A stretch of 64,000 bases of DNA. It comes from Nitrospirales bacterium. Lineage in GTDB: Bacteria > Nitrospirota > Nitrospiria > Nitrospirales > UBA8639. Of this stretch, positions 1 through 12,616 are shown piece by piece. Each line of letters starts with the position of its first letter. Positions within the stretch are counted from its first letter, which is position 1. A program made the translations under genes and the position numbers. Where the stretch lies: assembly GCA_963422365.1 (NCBI GenBank), contig OY729426.1:608001-672000 (forward strand). Reading direction: 5' to 3'. The notes under the pieces were generated by a model, which made no database searches, was not told where the DNA came from, and saw only the letters and a program-made list of their open reading frames with translations.

Positions 1-1547
<1,547 letters not shown>

Positions 1548-1639
1548 ATCATTTACTTCTGATACACATGACCTTTGTTTCGGTCTATTCAATTTTCAAA
1601 CAACGATCAGCGCTCACATCGCGCCGCAAAAAAGACTGT

Positions 1640-1715
1640 TGGTGGAGCTGAGCGGGATCGAACCGCCGACCCCCTGGTTGCAAACCAGGCGCTCTCCCAT
1701 CTGAGCTACAGCCCC
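1640..1715 (-). tRNA. tRNA-Ala(TGC)
   Basis: rc GGGGCTGTAGCTCAG...CCTGG-TTTGCAA-CCAGG...GGTTCGATCC...CTCCACCA; located in the rRNA spacer. Confidence 0.97.
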
Positions 1716-1824
1716 CTCATACCATGACCGGATAAAAATCAAGATGGACCCCCTCATCCTTTCTGCTGAACCGTTCCTCCAACCAGATTCCAAGATAAAA
1801 CGATTCAACTGGCCTTCATTCAGA

Positions 1825-1901
<77 letters not shown>

Positions 1902-1996
1902 ATCTCTCTTTACGGACCGTGACAGATATCATTGAGGAGAAGCTGCGTTGAAGAGGTGACCCTTGCGACATGTTTCTTTGTTTCTTCAGAGCAAAG

Positions 1997-3538
<1,542 letters not shown>

Positions 3539-3661
3539 ATTTTACTTCTTTTCACAAGGGCCACCACTTCAACACACTTCTTCTTTGCCGTTGTTTCGGC
3601 TATGTACCTGTCAAAGAACGACTGCACAGGCAAGTTAACGACTTGCACAGGCAAGTTGGAA

Positions 3662-3690
3662 ATAATACGGGAACGCTTAAGGGATGTCAA
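3662..3690 (-). promoter_or_regulatory. Sigma70-type rRNA operon promoter
   Basis: rc TTGACA-N17-TATTAT about 125 nt upstream of the 16S 5' end; boxA-like GTTCTTTGACAG at 3608-3619. Confidence 0.8.
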
Positions 3691-3780
3691 GCGACATTTT
3701 CGCTCATGCGCTTCATGTGTTCATTTTCTCATAGTGTAGGGTGGCACTCAGCACAAACCGGCTTTCCCACACCCTTATCG

Positions 3781-4491
3781 TCAACGCCGAGCATGCGTAT
3801 GCGGAGGATTAAAAAATTTCACGTGGGGGTGTTTCAAGAACCCAATCAACAGGATTCCAGCCAGAAACCCGCCGATATGCGCAAAAAACGCCACGCCCCC
3901 TCCTTCGGTTCCGAGGCTCATGCCGCCGCTCAAGACTTGCATCACAAACCAAAATCCCAACACGATCGATGCCGGGATATAGAGCATTTGGCTGAAAAAC
4001 CCCAGCGGGATGAGCACCAACACTTGGGCTCGCGGGTATAACAACAAATAGGCACCTAAGATCCCCGAGATGGCGCCACTGGCTCCAACCATCGGAATCG
4101 TCGAAACCTGGTCAATGGCGGCATGACTCACTGCCGCAATAATCCCGCACAAAACATAAAAGATAATGAACTTTCCATGCCCCATGACGTCTTCAATATT
4201 GTTGCCGAAAATCCACAGATACAGCATATTGCCGATCAGGTGTAACCATCCACCGTGAAGAAACATGCTGGTGACTAAACTGCCATACGGTGAAACCGCA
4301 CCAAGTTCGCTCGGGAGTTCAGCATATCCAAACACGACCGCGGGGATGGCCCCATACTGATACACAAAGGCTTCCCCGCCACCCTGCCCCAGCATCACCT
4401 GGTTCAGGAAGACCACCACGCAGGCCACCAGAAACCCGATGGTCACGAAGGGTGTGATTTCCGTCGGATTATCGTCACGTAATGGAATCAT
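3781..4491 (-). CDS. Rhomboid family intramembrane serine protease
   Basis: MIPLRDDNP start; FLHGGWLHLIGNM, GASGAI (catalytic Ser) and AHIGGF (His) motifs. Confidence 0.93.
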   Translation of the reverse strand: MIPLRDDNPTEITPFVTIGFLVACVVVFLNQVMLGQGGGEAFVYQYGAIPAVVFGYAELPSELGAVSPYGSLVTSMFLHGGWLHLIGNMLYLWIFGNNIEDVMGHGKFIIFYVLCGIIAAVSHAAIDQVSTIPMVGASGAISGILGAYLLLYPRAQVLVLIPLGFFSQMLYIPASIVLGFWFVMQVLSGGMSLGTEGGGVAFFAHIGGFLAGILLIGFLKHPHVKFFNPPHTHARR

Positions 4492-4530
4492 GGAAACACA
4501 CGGTTACGCATGCACGGTAAGGGGCGACTC

Positions 4531-5394
4531 TCAGAAAGCCGCAGCGCCACGCGACCCACATATGGGATTCAAGATGTCCGCCTCCTCCGATTGAAGAGGG
4601 AAGGAAAAGCCCGCGGCATTGACATGCCCGCCGCCACCGTATCGGGTGGCAATAGCGGAGACATCAGCGGTCCCTGGTTTCGAACGCAAGCTAAAATACC
4701 GACGGCCTTCCCGTTGGTGCCAAATGATGCAAAACGGAAAGCCCTGGCACAGACGTTCTCCAATCTGACTGGTCATCACCGGACTATACACCGCCGGCAC
4801 CGTTTCCTCTTCAAAGTCAACCAAGACGGATTCCGCGACAATTTTTGTAATCAAGACCTGTTCCTGTCGAAGAATCGCCCGACCTTCGACTTCCAACATA
4901 TCCTGCGCCAGACCATCCCAGACCTGAAAATCAAACGGATACGAGGCCAACGCAGCATTAATTTCACGACTCTTGGGCATCCGCCATTCCCACAAATCTT
5001 TGTCTTGAATGTACTGAAGCAACCAGGGTGCCGGCTCCGGGTGCGCCCATTCCCAAGCCAATACCGCCCCGCTTTTTTTCATGTCGAAATACGCATACGG
5101 GAGACCGGCCAACGAAGCCTGAGCCGTGACGTGGTGATCTAAAATATGAAAACTGGCCGTGGACTCGGCCAATTGTTCGATGACCTCACGAGGATAACTA
5201 AAGTCCACCATCACCACATGCGCCTTGTCCAATCCGGAAGGGGGACATTGCCCATGTTTGACCGGGATGTAGTGCGCATCCGGATACTTTTTCCGCAAGG
5301 CCCACGCCGCACCGAATCCATCAGCACAATCGGCATGATACAGCACGACGGTAGGGTCCTGTTTTGCAAACGGTTTGGCCCTGGAATCGCTCAT
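4531..5394 (-). CDS. DHH/DHHA1 family phosphoesterase
   Basis: YHADCADG, VDFS, LDHH and GGGGHVNAAGF motifs. Confidence 0.88.
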   Translation of the reverse strand: MSDSRAKPFAKQDPTVVLYHADCADGFGAAWALRKKYPDAHYIPVKHGQCPPSGLDKAHVVMVDFSYPREVIEQLAESTASFHILDHHVTAQASLAGLPYAYFDMKKSGAVLAWEWAHPEPAPWLLQYIQDKDLWEWRMPKSREINAALASYPFDFQVWDGLAQDMLEVEGRAILRQEQVLITKIVAESVLVDFEEETVPAVYSPVMTSQIGERLCQGFPFCIIWHQREGRRYFSLRSKPGTADVSAIATRYGGGGHVNAAGFSFPLQSEEADILNPICGSRGAAAF

Positions 5395-5545
5395 CGTTCA
5401 AAACCATACCATGAATCCCTACGGAGGCCAAATCTCCTTCATTTCCCGGTACTCCTCCCCCGGCATTCCTCCAATGACAATGCGGATTGAGCCCTAGACC
5501 CTTACACGGATTGGGGACCTTGAACGGCCCCCTGCGGCACCCCAT

Positions 5546-5987
5546 TCAACCAATCAGTTGCCGGAGCCGACCTGCCTCCTGTCGATGATAGTGGAACATC
5601 AACCGAGGGAGGGGTGTCAACTTCGGTTCATCGTATTCTGGCGATAATGCTTCACCTTGAACTTCTGGCTGACCCGTACATGCTCACTTTCAGACAATGT
5701 TCGTAGGGCTGAAACACCCGAAACGCATATCGCAACTCTTTGAACGCCCGATTCACGATCTTCATATCCAACAGATCAAGCGGCTGTTCAGCCATCCTGA
5801 TGACGCGGGTCACCATATCCCGGATCAGGGTCTTTCGCAGGTCATGGGCTGATCCCGAAAGAACATGCTGAATTTTGGTCATCAGTGCCTCATTCTCATC
5901 CGAGAGGCTGCGAGACGGCAGTCTCCCGCCTGACTCCGGAGCACTTGGTTGAGAGGGATTCGGGGCATGCTGGTTCAGCATATCCAT
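5546..5987 (-). pseudogene. LOG-family (Rossmann-fold nucleotide-binding) gene with its core deleted
   Basis: N-terminus ends at KVSMYGSAR; directly after, another frame encodes the family C-terminus (EPKLTPLPRLMFHYHRQEAGRLRQLIG*); PGGxGT core absent. Confidence 0.7.
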
Positions 5988-6160
5988 GAACCTTGTCTCT
6001 TATGAGGCCTTTTGAACATTCAGCTAGACAATGATCCCTTACTCTCTCTATCTTGTATGGTACCGTATGTTGTCTTTAGTTATTCTTTTCGGTATCCGTG
6101 AATAGGGCCTCACCCTGTTGTAACGGATAGGAAAGACGATCTCTAACCACGTCAACGCGC

Positions 6161-7297
6161 ATGAGTTTTTGGCAGCACCTTTCACGTCCCATCATCGGGC
6201 TAGCTCCTATGGACGGCGTCACCGATATTGCGTTCCGCCACATCATCGCCACCTATGGCCGGCCGGACGTGATCTTTACCGAATTTACCAACGTCCATGA
6301 TATTTGTCAGGGGCGAGGCATGGGCTGGGATCCGTTACGGTATATCGACAATCAACGCCCGATCGTTGCCCAGCTTTACGGCAAACATCCTCATGTATTT
6401 TACCAGGCTGCCCATGTGGTGAGTGAACTCGGATTTGACGGACTGGATATTAACATGGGGTGCCCGTCCAAAAACGTGGCTTCGTCCGGGTGTGGCGCAG
6501 GGCTCATCAAAACGCCGGAACTGGCACTCGACATCATGGCGGCGACCCAACGCGGGCTTCACGATTGGGCCAATGGACAAACCCTGGCCAAAGCCGGGCT
6601 CAAACCCAGCATTGTCGAAAAGGTACGCATGGTGCGTGCCACGCAGCAACATCACGCCACACCCCGCTCCGCCCTTCCTCTTTCAGTGAAAACGCGCCTG
6701 GGGTATGACTCCGTCATTATCAAGGAATGGAGCGCCTGTCTCGCGCAAGGCCAACCGGAAGTGATTTCCATCCATGGTCGAACCTTGCAACAACTGTATC
6801 GGGGCGATGCGGATTGGGAAGCGATTACCGAGGCCGCCTCTCAGATTCACCAACAGGGCATCCTCGTGTTAGGCAACGGCGACATCGGCTCTTTGAACGA
6901 ATCCATTGCTCGCATCCACGCCAGCAGAGTGGACGGCATTCTCATCGGCCGTGCGGCCCTAGGAAACCCGTGGATCTTTCACGGTAAAGCCTTGATCCGC
7001 GAGGCCGTACTGGCGCGCGCCCGGCATCCGGTCTCCGAACCGATGGTCTCTCGACAAGACCGGTTCGACATGATGCTGCAGCACGCACATGCGTTTGAAC
7101 GGTATCATGACGCGCCCCGTTTTCCGCGCATGCGCAAACATCTGGGTTGGTATTGCAGCGGCTTTCCGCATGCCGCCTCCCTGCGTGCCCATATGGTCAA
7201 AACCAACAACGCCCAAGACGTTGAACGACTGCTCGATGAGTATGTCTCCCGACACGTTTCACCTGAAGTCGACGCGCTCACCGCTGCATCGACGTAA
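6161..7297 (+). CDS. dus: tRNA-dihydrouridine synthase
   Basis: LAPMDGVTD, DINMGCP, SVKTRLG, IHGRT and GNGDI motifs. Confidence 0.93.
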   Translation: MSFWQHLSRPIIGLAPMDGVTDIAFRHIIATYGRPDVIFTEFTNVHDICQGRGMGWDPLRYIDNQRPIVAQLYGKHPHVFYQAAHVVSELGFDGLDINMGCPSKNVASSGCGAGLIKTPELALDIMAATQRGLHDWANGQTLAKAGLKPSIVEKVRMVRATQQHHATPRSALPLSVKTRLGYDSVIIKEWSACLAQGQPEVISIHGRTLQQLYRGDADWEAITEAASQIHQQGILVLGNGDIGSLNESIARIHASRVDGILIGRAALGNPWIFHGKALIREAVLARARHPVSEPMVSRQDRFDMMLQHAHAFERYHDAPRFPRMRKHLGWYCSGFPHAASLRAHMVKTNNAQDVERLLDEYVSRHVSPEVDALTAAST

Positions 7298-7320
7298 CCC
7301 GCTGCACCCCACGAGAACCC

Positions 7321-7950
7321 GTGTCCATCATCCTGGCTTCCACCTCTCCGCGCCGCCGCGAATTACTGGCCTTGCTCGGCATTGCGTTTGACATCATGCC
7401 TCCTACGGCCGAGGAAGTCCCATCCCCCGATCTTTCGCCTCCCGACCAGGCAAAACAATTTGCGCTGGATAAGGCGCTCTCCATTGCACACCACTATCCG
7501 GATGATCTGGTGTTAGGCAGCGACACGGTGATTGACATCGACGGCACACTGTTGGGTAAACCTCAAGATCTCAACCAAGCGGAAACCATGTTGCGGCAGA
7601 TCCGAGGGCGTGCACATCAGGTGCATACAGGCCTCGCGCTGATTCACCACGTGACAATGCAATTGGTGGCGTTGGTCGAAACCGCCCATGTCTGGATGAC
7701 ACCGTGTCACGACGAGGAACTCCGCGGCTACCTCAATACAGAAGAAAGTCTGGGAAAGGCCGGAGCCTATTCCATTCAAGGCGAAGGCGCGCAGCTTATT
7801 GAAAAGATCGAAGGAGATTATCCAACCATTGTCGGGCTACCCTTGTGGCAAACCGCTAAACTGCTGGAGCAACAGGGAGTCGTGCTCCCGAAGTCTGTTG
7901 AAGAGATCTACCGACTGAAGCCGTACGCGAATTGGAAAGAATTTGCGTAA
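7321..7950 (+). CDS. maf: Maf family nucleoside-triphosphate pyrophosphatase
   Basis: ILASTSPRRRELL, GSDTVI, GKP and KAGAYSIQG motifs. Confidence 0.93.
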   Translation: MSIILASTSPRRRELLALLGIAFDIMPPTAEEVPSPDLSPPDQAKQFALDKALSIAHHYPDDLVLGSDTVIDIDGTLLGKPQDLNQAETMLRQIRGRAHQVHTGLALIHHVTMQLVALVETAHVWMTPCHDEELRGYLNTEESLGKAGAYSIQGEGAQLIEKIEGDYPTIVGLPLWQTAKLLEQQGVVLPKSVEEIYRLKPYANWKEFA

Positions 7951-8134
7951 AGTATTTGTGAACATCGTGATTGATCGGAGTCTCTCTGCCCGCCGTTTAT
8001 TTGAGAAGTGGTCCCAGTCTGATTCCTTGGGCCCATTTTTAACTGTACAAACCATACAAAATATTGTTGCTTGACCAGTGAATTGAAAAGCGCGACGATC
8101 TTACCAGTAAGATTTTGACGAGGAGGATACCCAC

Positions 8135-8386
8135 ATGGCAGAACTGACAACAACGAAGATGTCCTCGAAGGGACAGGTTGTCATTCCTGAAGAAATTCGA
8201 AAATGCCTGGGTCTTGAGGCCGGAACTCAATTTGTGGCGGCGGCGGATAAGGATACGGTCATCATGAAAGCCATCTCGCCACCCTCAATGGACGAATTCG
8301 ACACTCTGAAAGCAGCCGCGAGAAAGGCAGGATTGAAGCAGGCCGACATCCAGTCCATGACCTCGGAAGTACGTTCAGGGAAATGA
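8135..8386 (+). CDS. AbrB/MazE/SpoVT family antitoxin
   Basis: TKMSSKGQVVIPEEIRKCLGLEAG; overlaps the start of a PIN toxin gene. Confidence 0.88.
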   Translation: MAELTTTKMSSKGQVVIPEEIRKCLGLEAGTQFVAAADKDTVIMKAISPPSMDEFDTLKAAARKAGLKQADIQSMTSEVRSGK

Positions 8387-8793
8387 AAATCGTCGTAGAT
8401 ACCAACGTTCTCATATCGGGTATCTTCTTCGACGGCCCGCCAGCACGAATCCTGAAAGCACGGTATAACGGCAAACTGCAATTTGTCGTATCACACGAGA
8501 TTCCAGAGGAATACTTTCAAGTTTGTGAACGACTTTCCTTTCGATATCCAGATATCGATATGACTCAAATTCTTATTCTGATGGTCCCAAACTGTCACCG
8601 TGTGGACACTCCGTCTTTGCCATTACCCCAGCCCTTTTCAAGCGATGCGGATGACGATACGTTCATTGCCTGCGCTTGAGCGAGCGACTCTAAAATTATC
8701 ATCAGCGGCGACAGTAATTTGCTTACAGTGTCTGGCTACGAAAATGTTCAGATCGTAACGCCTCGAGATTTCGTTGATAGATACATCGATTGA
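8383..8793 (+). pseudogene. PIN-domain (VapC-like) toxin with premature stop
   Basis: MKIVVDTNVLIS...DADDDTFIACA, TGA at 8677-8679, then in-frame continuation ASDSKIIISGDSNLL...IVTPRDF to TGA 8791-8793. Confidence 0.85.
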
Positions 8794-8947
8794 AACACTG
8801 CATTTAGCATCGAATGCATTAGAGCTTCATCGTGAAATCCTTTAATGTGTCGAACTCCTTGAGGACCTTCCAAAAAAAATATTCATCCGATCCTTGACCA
8901 CGAACGTTTCGGTACAGTTCCTCTTCATCAAAGACATAATCTTGAGT

Positions 8948-9300
8948 CACTCGTGTAACCAGTCCCACACATTCAGGAATTCCTTTTCTTTCAGAATACC
9001 CAGGTACGTTTCATGCTCAATATTTACACCCTAAGCCTTAACATATTCGGTCTTTTCTTCGCCTATTTCTACATGAAGCTGATGGCCTCCATGGTTCCAC
9101 TGAATTGGAAGAGATCCATCTTCATCGCTGGAAACAAACGGGGTCTTCCAAGCCGTCCACTGTTTACGATAGAATAGAAAAAATACTCCAGGGTATTAGG
9201 GGCTTGACTCAAAATAAAAGGGCCTGCTAGCTTTTTTTGACCCTTTCCCATCCCAATTATCTTCACGCTCAGTTATTTTTTGAAGTTTTTCTTTCAATGC
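8948..9300 (-). pseudogene. Degraded hypothetical protein gene
   Basis: Protein-like segments across frames (EDNWDGKGSKK...PFVSSDEDGSLPIQWN...EFLNVWDWLHE*) with stops and frameshifts; family not recognised. Confidence 0.4.
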
Positions 9301-9603
9301 TTCCGCAAGGACGGGTAATTGTCTCGTTGACACCTTCTAGAAAACTGTTCCCGCTGTGAAAGCTTTCATCCTTCAGCCCTTGTTAAGTCTTCTTCATTGA
9401 GGATGACCCTCTCATGCGATCATGGAAACCCATCGTCCACGTCCTCAACGACACTGACCCCTCAGTTCTTTCCTGAGCTTGGTCCCCTAGCTTCTCTAGG
9501 ATGTCGGTGATGTTCCACTGGAAGATGTTTCGAATGTTTCTTTGGTTGAATGTTCTGCTTGTAACGATGGCATCTTCGACCTTTCGTATGTTTCAGTGGT
9601 ATA

Positions 9604-9900
9604 AAAAGACCAAGGACGTGCTGGTTGCCGAAGACCCGAGATCAGAAGAGCTACTGAAACCGATTTTGCGTGGACGGGACATTAAACGCTATCGGGCGGA
9701 ATGGGCGGGGCTGTGGGTGATTGATTCACACAATGGCTATGGCAATGTGCCGCCGGTCAATGTCGATGACTATATCGCCATCAAACAGCATCTGGATCAA
9801 TTCTACCCGCATTTGAAGAAGCGGCAGGATAAGGGAGTCACGCCGTACAACCTGCGTCATTGCGCTTATGACCAGGAGTTTCTACGCGATAAGCTCGTCT
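9604..9900 (+). pseudogene. Internal fragment of a type IIG (Eco57I/TaqI-C-like) RM enzyme
   Basis: LLKPILRGRDIKRY...AIKQHL...KRQDKGVTPYNLRHCAY..EF, typical of the specificity region; truncated at both ends. Confidence 0.8.
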
Positions 9901-9905
9901 TATCG
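9887..9905. promoter_or_regulatory. Putative tyrosine-recombinase core site
   Basis: CGATAAG-CTCGT-CTTATCG inverted repeat exactly where RM homology stops, about 115 nt upstream of the recombinase. Confidence 0.5.
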
Positions 9906-10019
9906 ACGATAAAGGCGGCGTTGTAGCCGGTTTTTATTCCGTAGTGGCAATATCTCGCAGTGTTCACAAGTGGCAGGGCTTACATTGCTTTCCTTTCAAT
10001 AACCTTAGGGAGAGCAGCT

Positions 10020-10993
10020 ATGACCCCATCCACAACCCCGGAATTGGCAGACAGTCCCCCCAGCGCGGCAGCGTTCACGGGCCGCTTGCAGGCCCGGCCA
10101 TGGCCGCCAACACTCGCAGGGCCTACACCGAAGGCTGGGCCATCTTCACAGACTGGTGCGGGCCCACGCCATGGCCCCCTCGCCGCCACGCCCGGCCACC
10201 TCGTTGATTTTTTCGTGGCGACCGCCTCCCGCCGCAGAGCGGGTACGGATACGCTGTTGGCGTTCGGCACCCTCGTTCTGATCCGCTGTGCCATCCGCCG
10301 TCGCTATGCAGACGCCAACCTGACCTCGCCCACACATCACCCCGACGTCACAGCCATCTTCAAGGGGCTCGCCCGCCTGCGGGGCGCCGCGTCAAGGCGA
10401 TTTGCGAGGACCAGTTGGCTGCGATGTTGGCGAAGTGCCCGGCCACGCCCATCGGCGCACGGGACGCGGCCGTGCTGGCGCTCGGCTTTGCCGCCGCCTT
10501 GTGCCGCTCGGAATTATGCGGGCTATCGATAGGGGATATTGAGCGGATTCCGACAGACGGGGGGGCCACCGGCATCATATTGCATATCCATCGCTCGAAG
10601 ACAGACCAGGCGGGGAAAGGCCAGCAGGTGGTCGTGCCCGCCGGGAAACGGATTCGCCCAGTCGCCGTCTTGGACCGCTGGGTCCGCGCCCATGGCCCTC
10701 ACGCCGGCCCCCTCTTTCAATCGTTGCGACGGGGCGGACGACTCACAGGCCACCCCCTCCACCACTCCGATATTCCGCGCTTGGTGAAACGGTATGCCGC
10801 GGCCATTGGGCTGGACCCTGCCGAGTTCTCCGCCCACTCCCTGCGGGCAGGCTTCGTCACCAGTGCGGCGGTCCATCACGCGCGGATGGACAAGATCATG
10901 GCCGTGACCCGCCACACCAACCCAGCTACAGTCATGAAATACATCCGCGATGCGGACGTGTTTACGGACCATGCAGGACAGGGGTTTTTGTGA
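10020..10993 (+). pseudogene. Cre-like tyrosine recombinase/integrase, frameshifted in its N-terminal half
   Basis: NTRRAY..W..F..WC in one frame; catalytic domain RDAA..RSEL, SKTDQ, HSLRAGF, RH, MKY in 10415-10993. Confidence 0.85.
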
Positions 10994-11049
10994 GAGTCGA
11001 TGGGCGGGGCGCTGTTCATTTTGGCACTGGACAGGATTGGACTACACCA

Positions 11050-11138
11050 CCGGGCAGGAAGCCGAAATCGACCGGCTGGTGTATCAGCTATACAGGCTGA
11101 CGGAGGAAGAGATTAAACTTGTGGAGCAGATAAGATAG
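11050..11138 (+). repeat. RM C-terminal tail, copy 1
   Basis: Encodes QEAEIDRLVYQLYRLTEEEIKLVEQIR*. Confidence 0.8.
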
Positions 11139-11185
11139 GATAAGCCAAGAATATCAGCAAATTAAAGATGGAAATTATCCTTTTA

Positions 11186-11500
11186 CTACTTGTCCTCGCG
11201 GTTACCCGGGGTTTTGTATAAGTCATCAAAATGCCATAACTTTTCTATTAAATACTTAAGCAAAACCATCAAGTCACTACTAATAATACCTAGTGTAAAA
11301 CCCAGTCCGGCGCGTATCTGAAAACTTCCTGATGCTATTAGCCAAATTGCTGCTCCAATCAGGGCTATAATTCCAACGCAAAGCACAGACGATACAATTC
11401 TAGAAAACCAAAGTTGCCGAGCGAGAGACTTGAACCGGTAAGCCTCTATGGTATGGCTATGTTCCTGCTGTCGGCTTTCTCATCCTTGCTCATGCTCTTG
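11186..11500 (-). CDS. Small membrane protein, possible partner of the Panacea antitoxin (start uncertain, possibly degraded)
   Basis: Two hydrophobic segments; directly downstream of the DUF4065 gene. Confidence 0.4.
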
Positions 11501-11619
11501 CTTTGCAGTCCCCCTTGGAGCTTCCTGTTTCTGCTCGTCCAGTCGCAGGTCTTTCATGGGGACTCTGTGGTCCACTTCGTTGTTCATGAGCTGTTTGAAC
11601 TGTTTCTTTCTTCCTGGCT

Positions 11620-12032
11620 TCATGTGTTGTTTGCATTTCGCCGGGCTGATGACCAAGGTGTGCCTGCTTCATGTGTCAAATTTGAAAGGTATAAACCGGA
11701 GTAAGGGGAATAGAGGTTCCAGCCCTGACCCAATAGCCAGTGGAAATCGGTATCTTGCTCGGGGACTACCTCATCATCTGCGGTTCCCTCTCCCAATTTT
11801 CTTTACTGATAGGCACGCTCCCAAATATTTTGTCAGCATGATCAATTTCTGGAAATACCGGACCATACTTCCACGCCTCCGGTTCCTTGTTGATTGCTGG
11901 TCTCTCAACATATGCCAAGTGCCATCCGTGAACGAGATAGACCAGCTTTTGTAACTTAAGCGGGCTAATCAGTATATTTTTCTCAAACGATAGCTGCAAG
12001 ACACTCTTGGCAACTTGCCGTGCAGGATACAT
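11620..12032 (-). pseudogene. Panacea/DUF4065 (SocA/GepA-like) antitoxin, frameshifted
   Basis: SPLKLQKLVYLVHG...EAWKYGPV; C-terminal LSNLTHEAGTPW is in a different frame. Confidence 0.82.
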
Positions 12033-12104
12033 TCTTGGTTGCCTCCCCAACCCTCGTTTGTGCTTTGGATGAAATCTTCTCTTACTTTAGTACAAACAGG
12101 TTAT

Positions 12105-12140
12105 CTTGTCTCTCAACTCTACGATTTGACAGATGCACGT
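12105..12140 (+). repeat. RM C-terminal tail, copy 2 (short remnant)
   Basis: cttgtctctcaactctacgatttgacagatgca = LVSQLYDLTDA; 22/26 nt match to copy 4 by hand. Confidence 0.6.
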
Positions 12141-12175
12141 GGTGAGATAGGGTGAAACCAGGCGAGCATATACCG

Positions 12176-12308
12176 CAGTGCGGCGACTTATCATGCACGG
12201 ATGGACAAGATCATGACGGTAACCCGTCACACCAGCACCAATACGGTAATGAAATACATCCGCGATGCGGATGTTTTTACCGACCACGCAGGGCAGGGTT
12301 TTTTGTAA
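12176..12308 (+). repeat. Second copy of the recombinase 3' end
   Basis: 133-nt colinear, diverged copy of 10861-10993 (HARMDKIMTVTRH...MKYIRDADVFTDHAGQGFL*). Confidence 0.9.
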
Positions 12309-12339
12309 CGCAGAGACCGGTCTTTCATATGTTTGTTAC

Positions 12340-12424
12340 CCTGCAAACCGAAATCGACACGCCGGGTTTATCGGCTTTACGGACTGACAGACGCGGAAGT
12401 TGTAGCAGTGGAGGGATGCTGTAG
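12340..12424 (+). repeat. RM C-terminal tail, copy 3
   Basis: LQTEID / RVYRLYGLTDAEVVAVEG, with one frameshift. Confidence 0.75.
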
Positions 12425-12616
12425 TAGAAAGTGAATAAGTGCTTTTATTGAACAAAACGTTTACAGACTAAAACGATATGGCCGGGAGTTTTGACATTTT
12501 TTAGAAACGCATGATTGATGAGACTGTTGAATGATGAAGCAATGGACTGCGCTTGCATCAGTGATATATTTAGCCTGATTTTGAATGCCAAAATATCCAC
12601 ATAGAGGGGAAATGTT

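Noticed and set aside
3617..3657. Tandem 20/21-nt duplication in the rRNA leader
   Set aside because: Only two copies, in a variable leader region; no evidence of a separate function.
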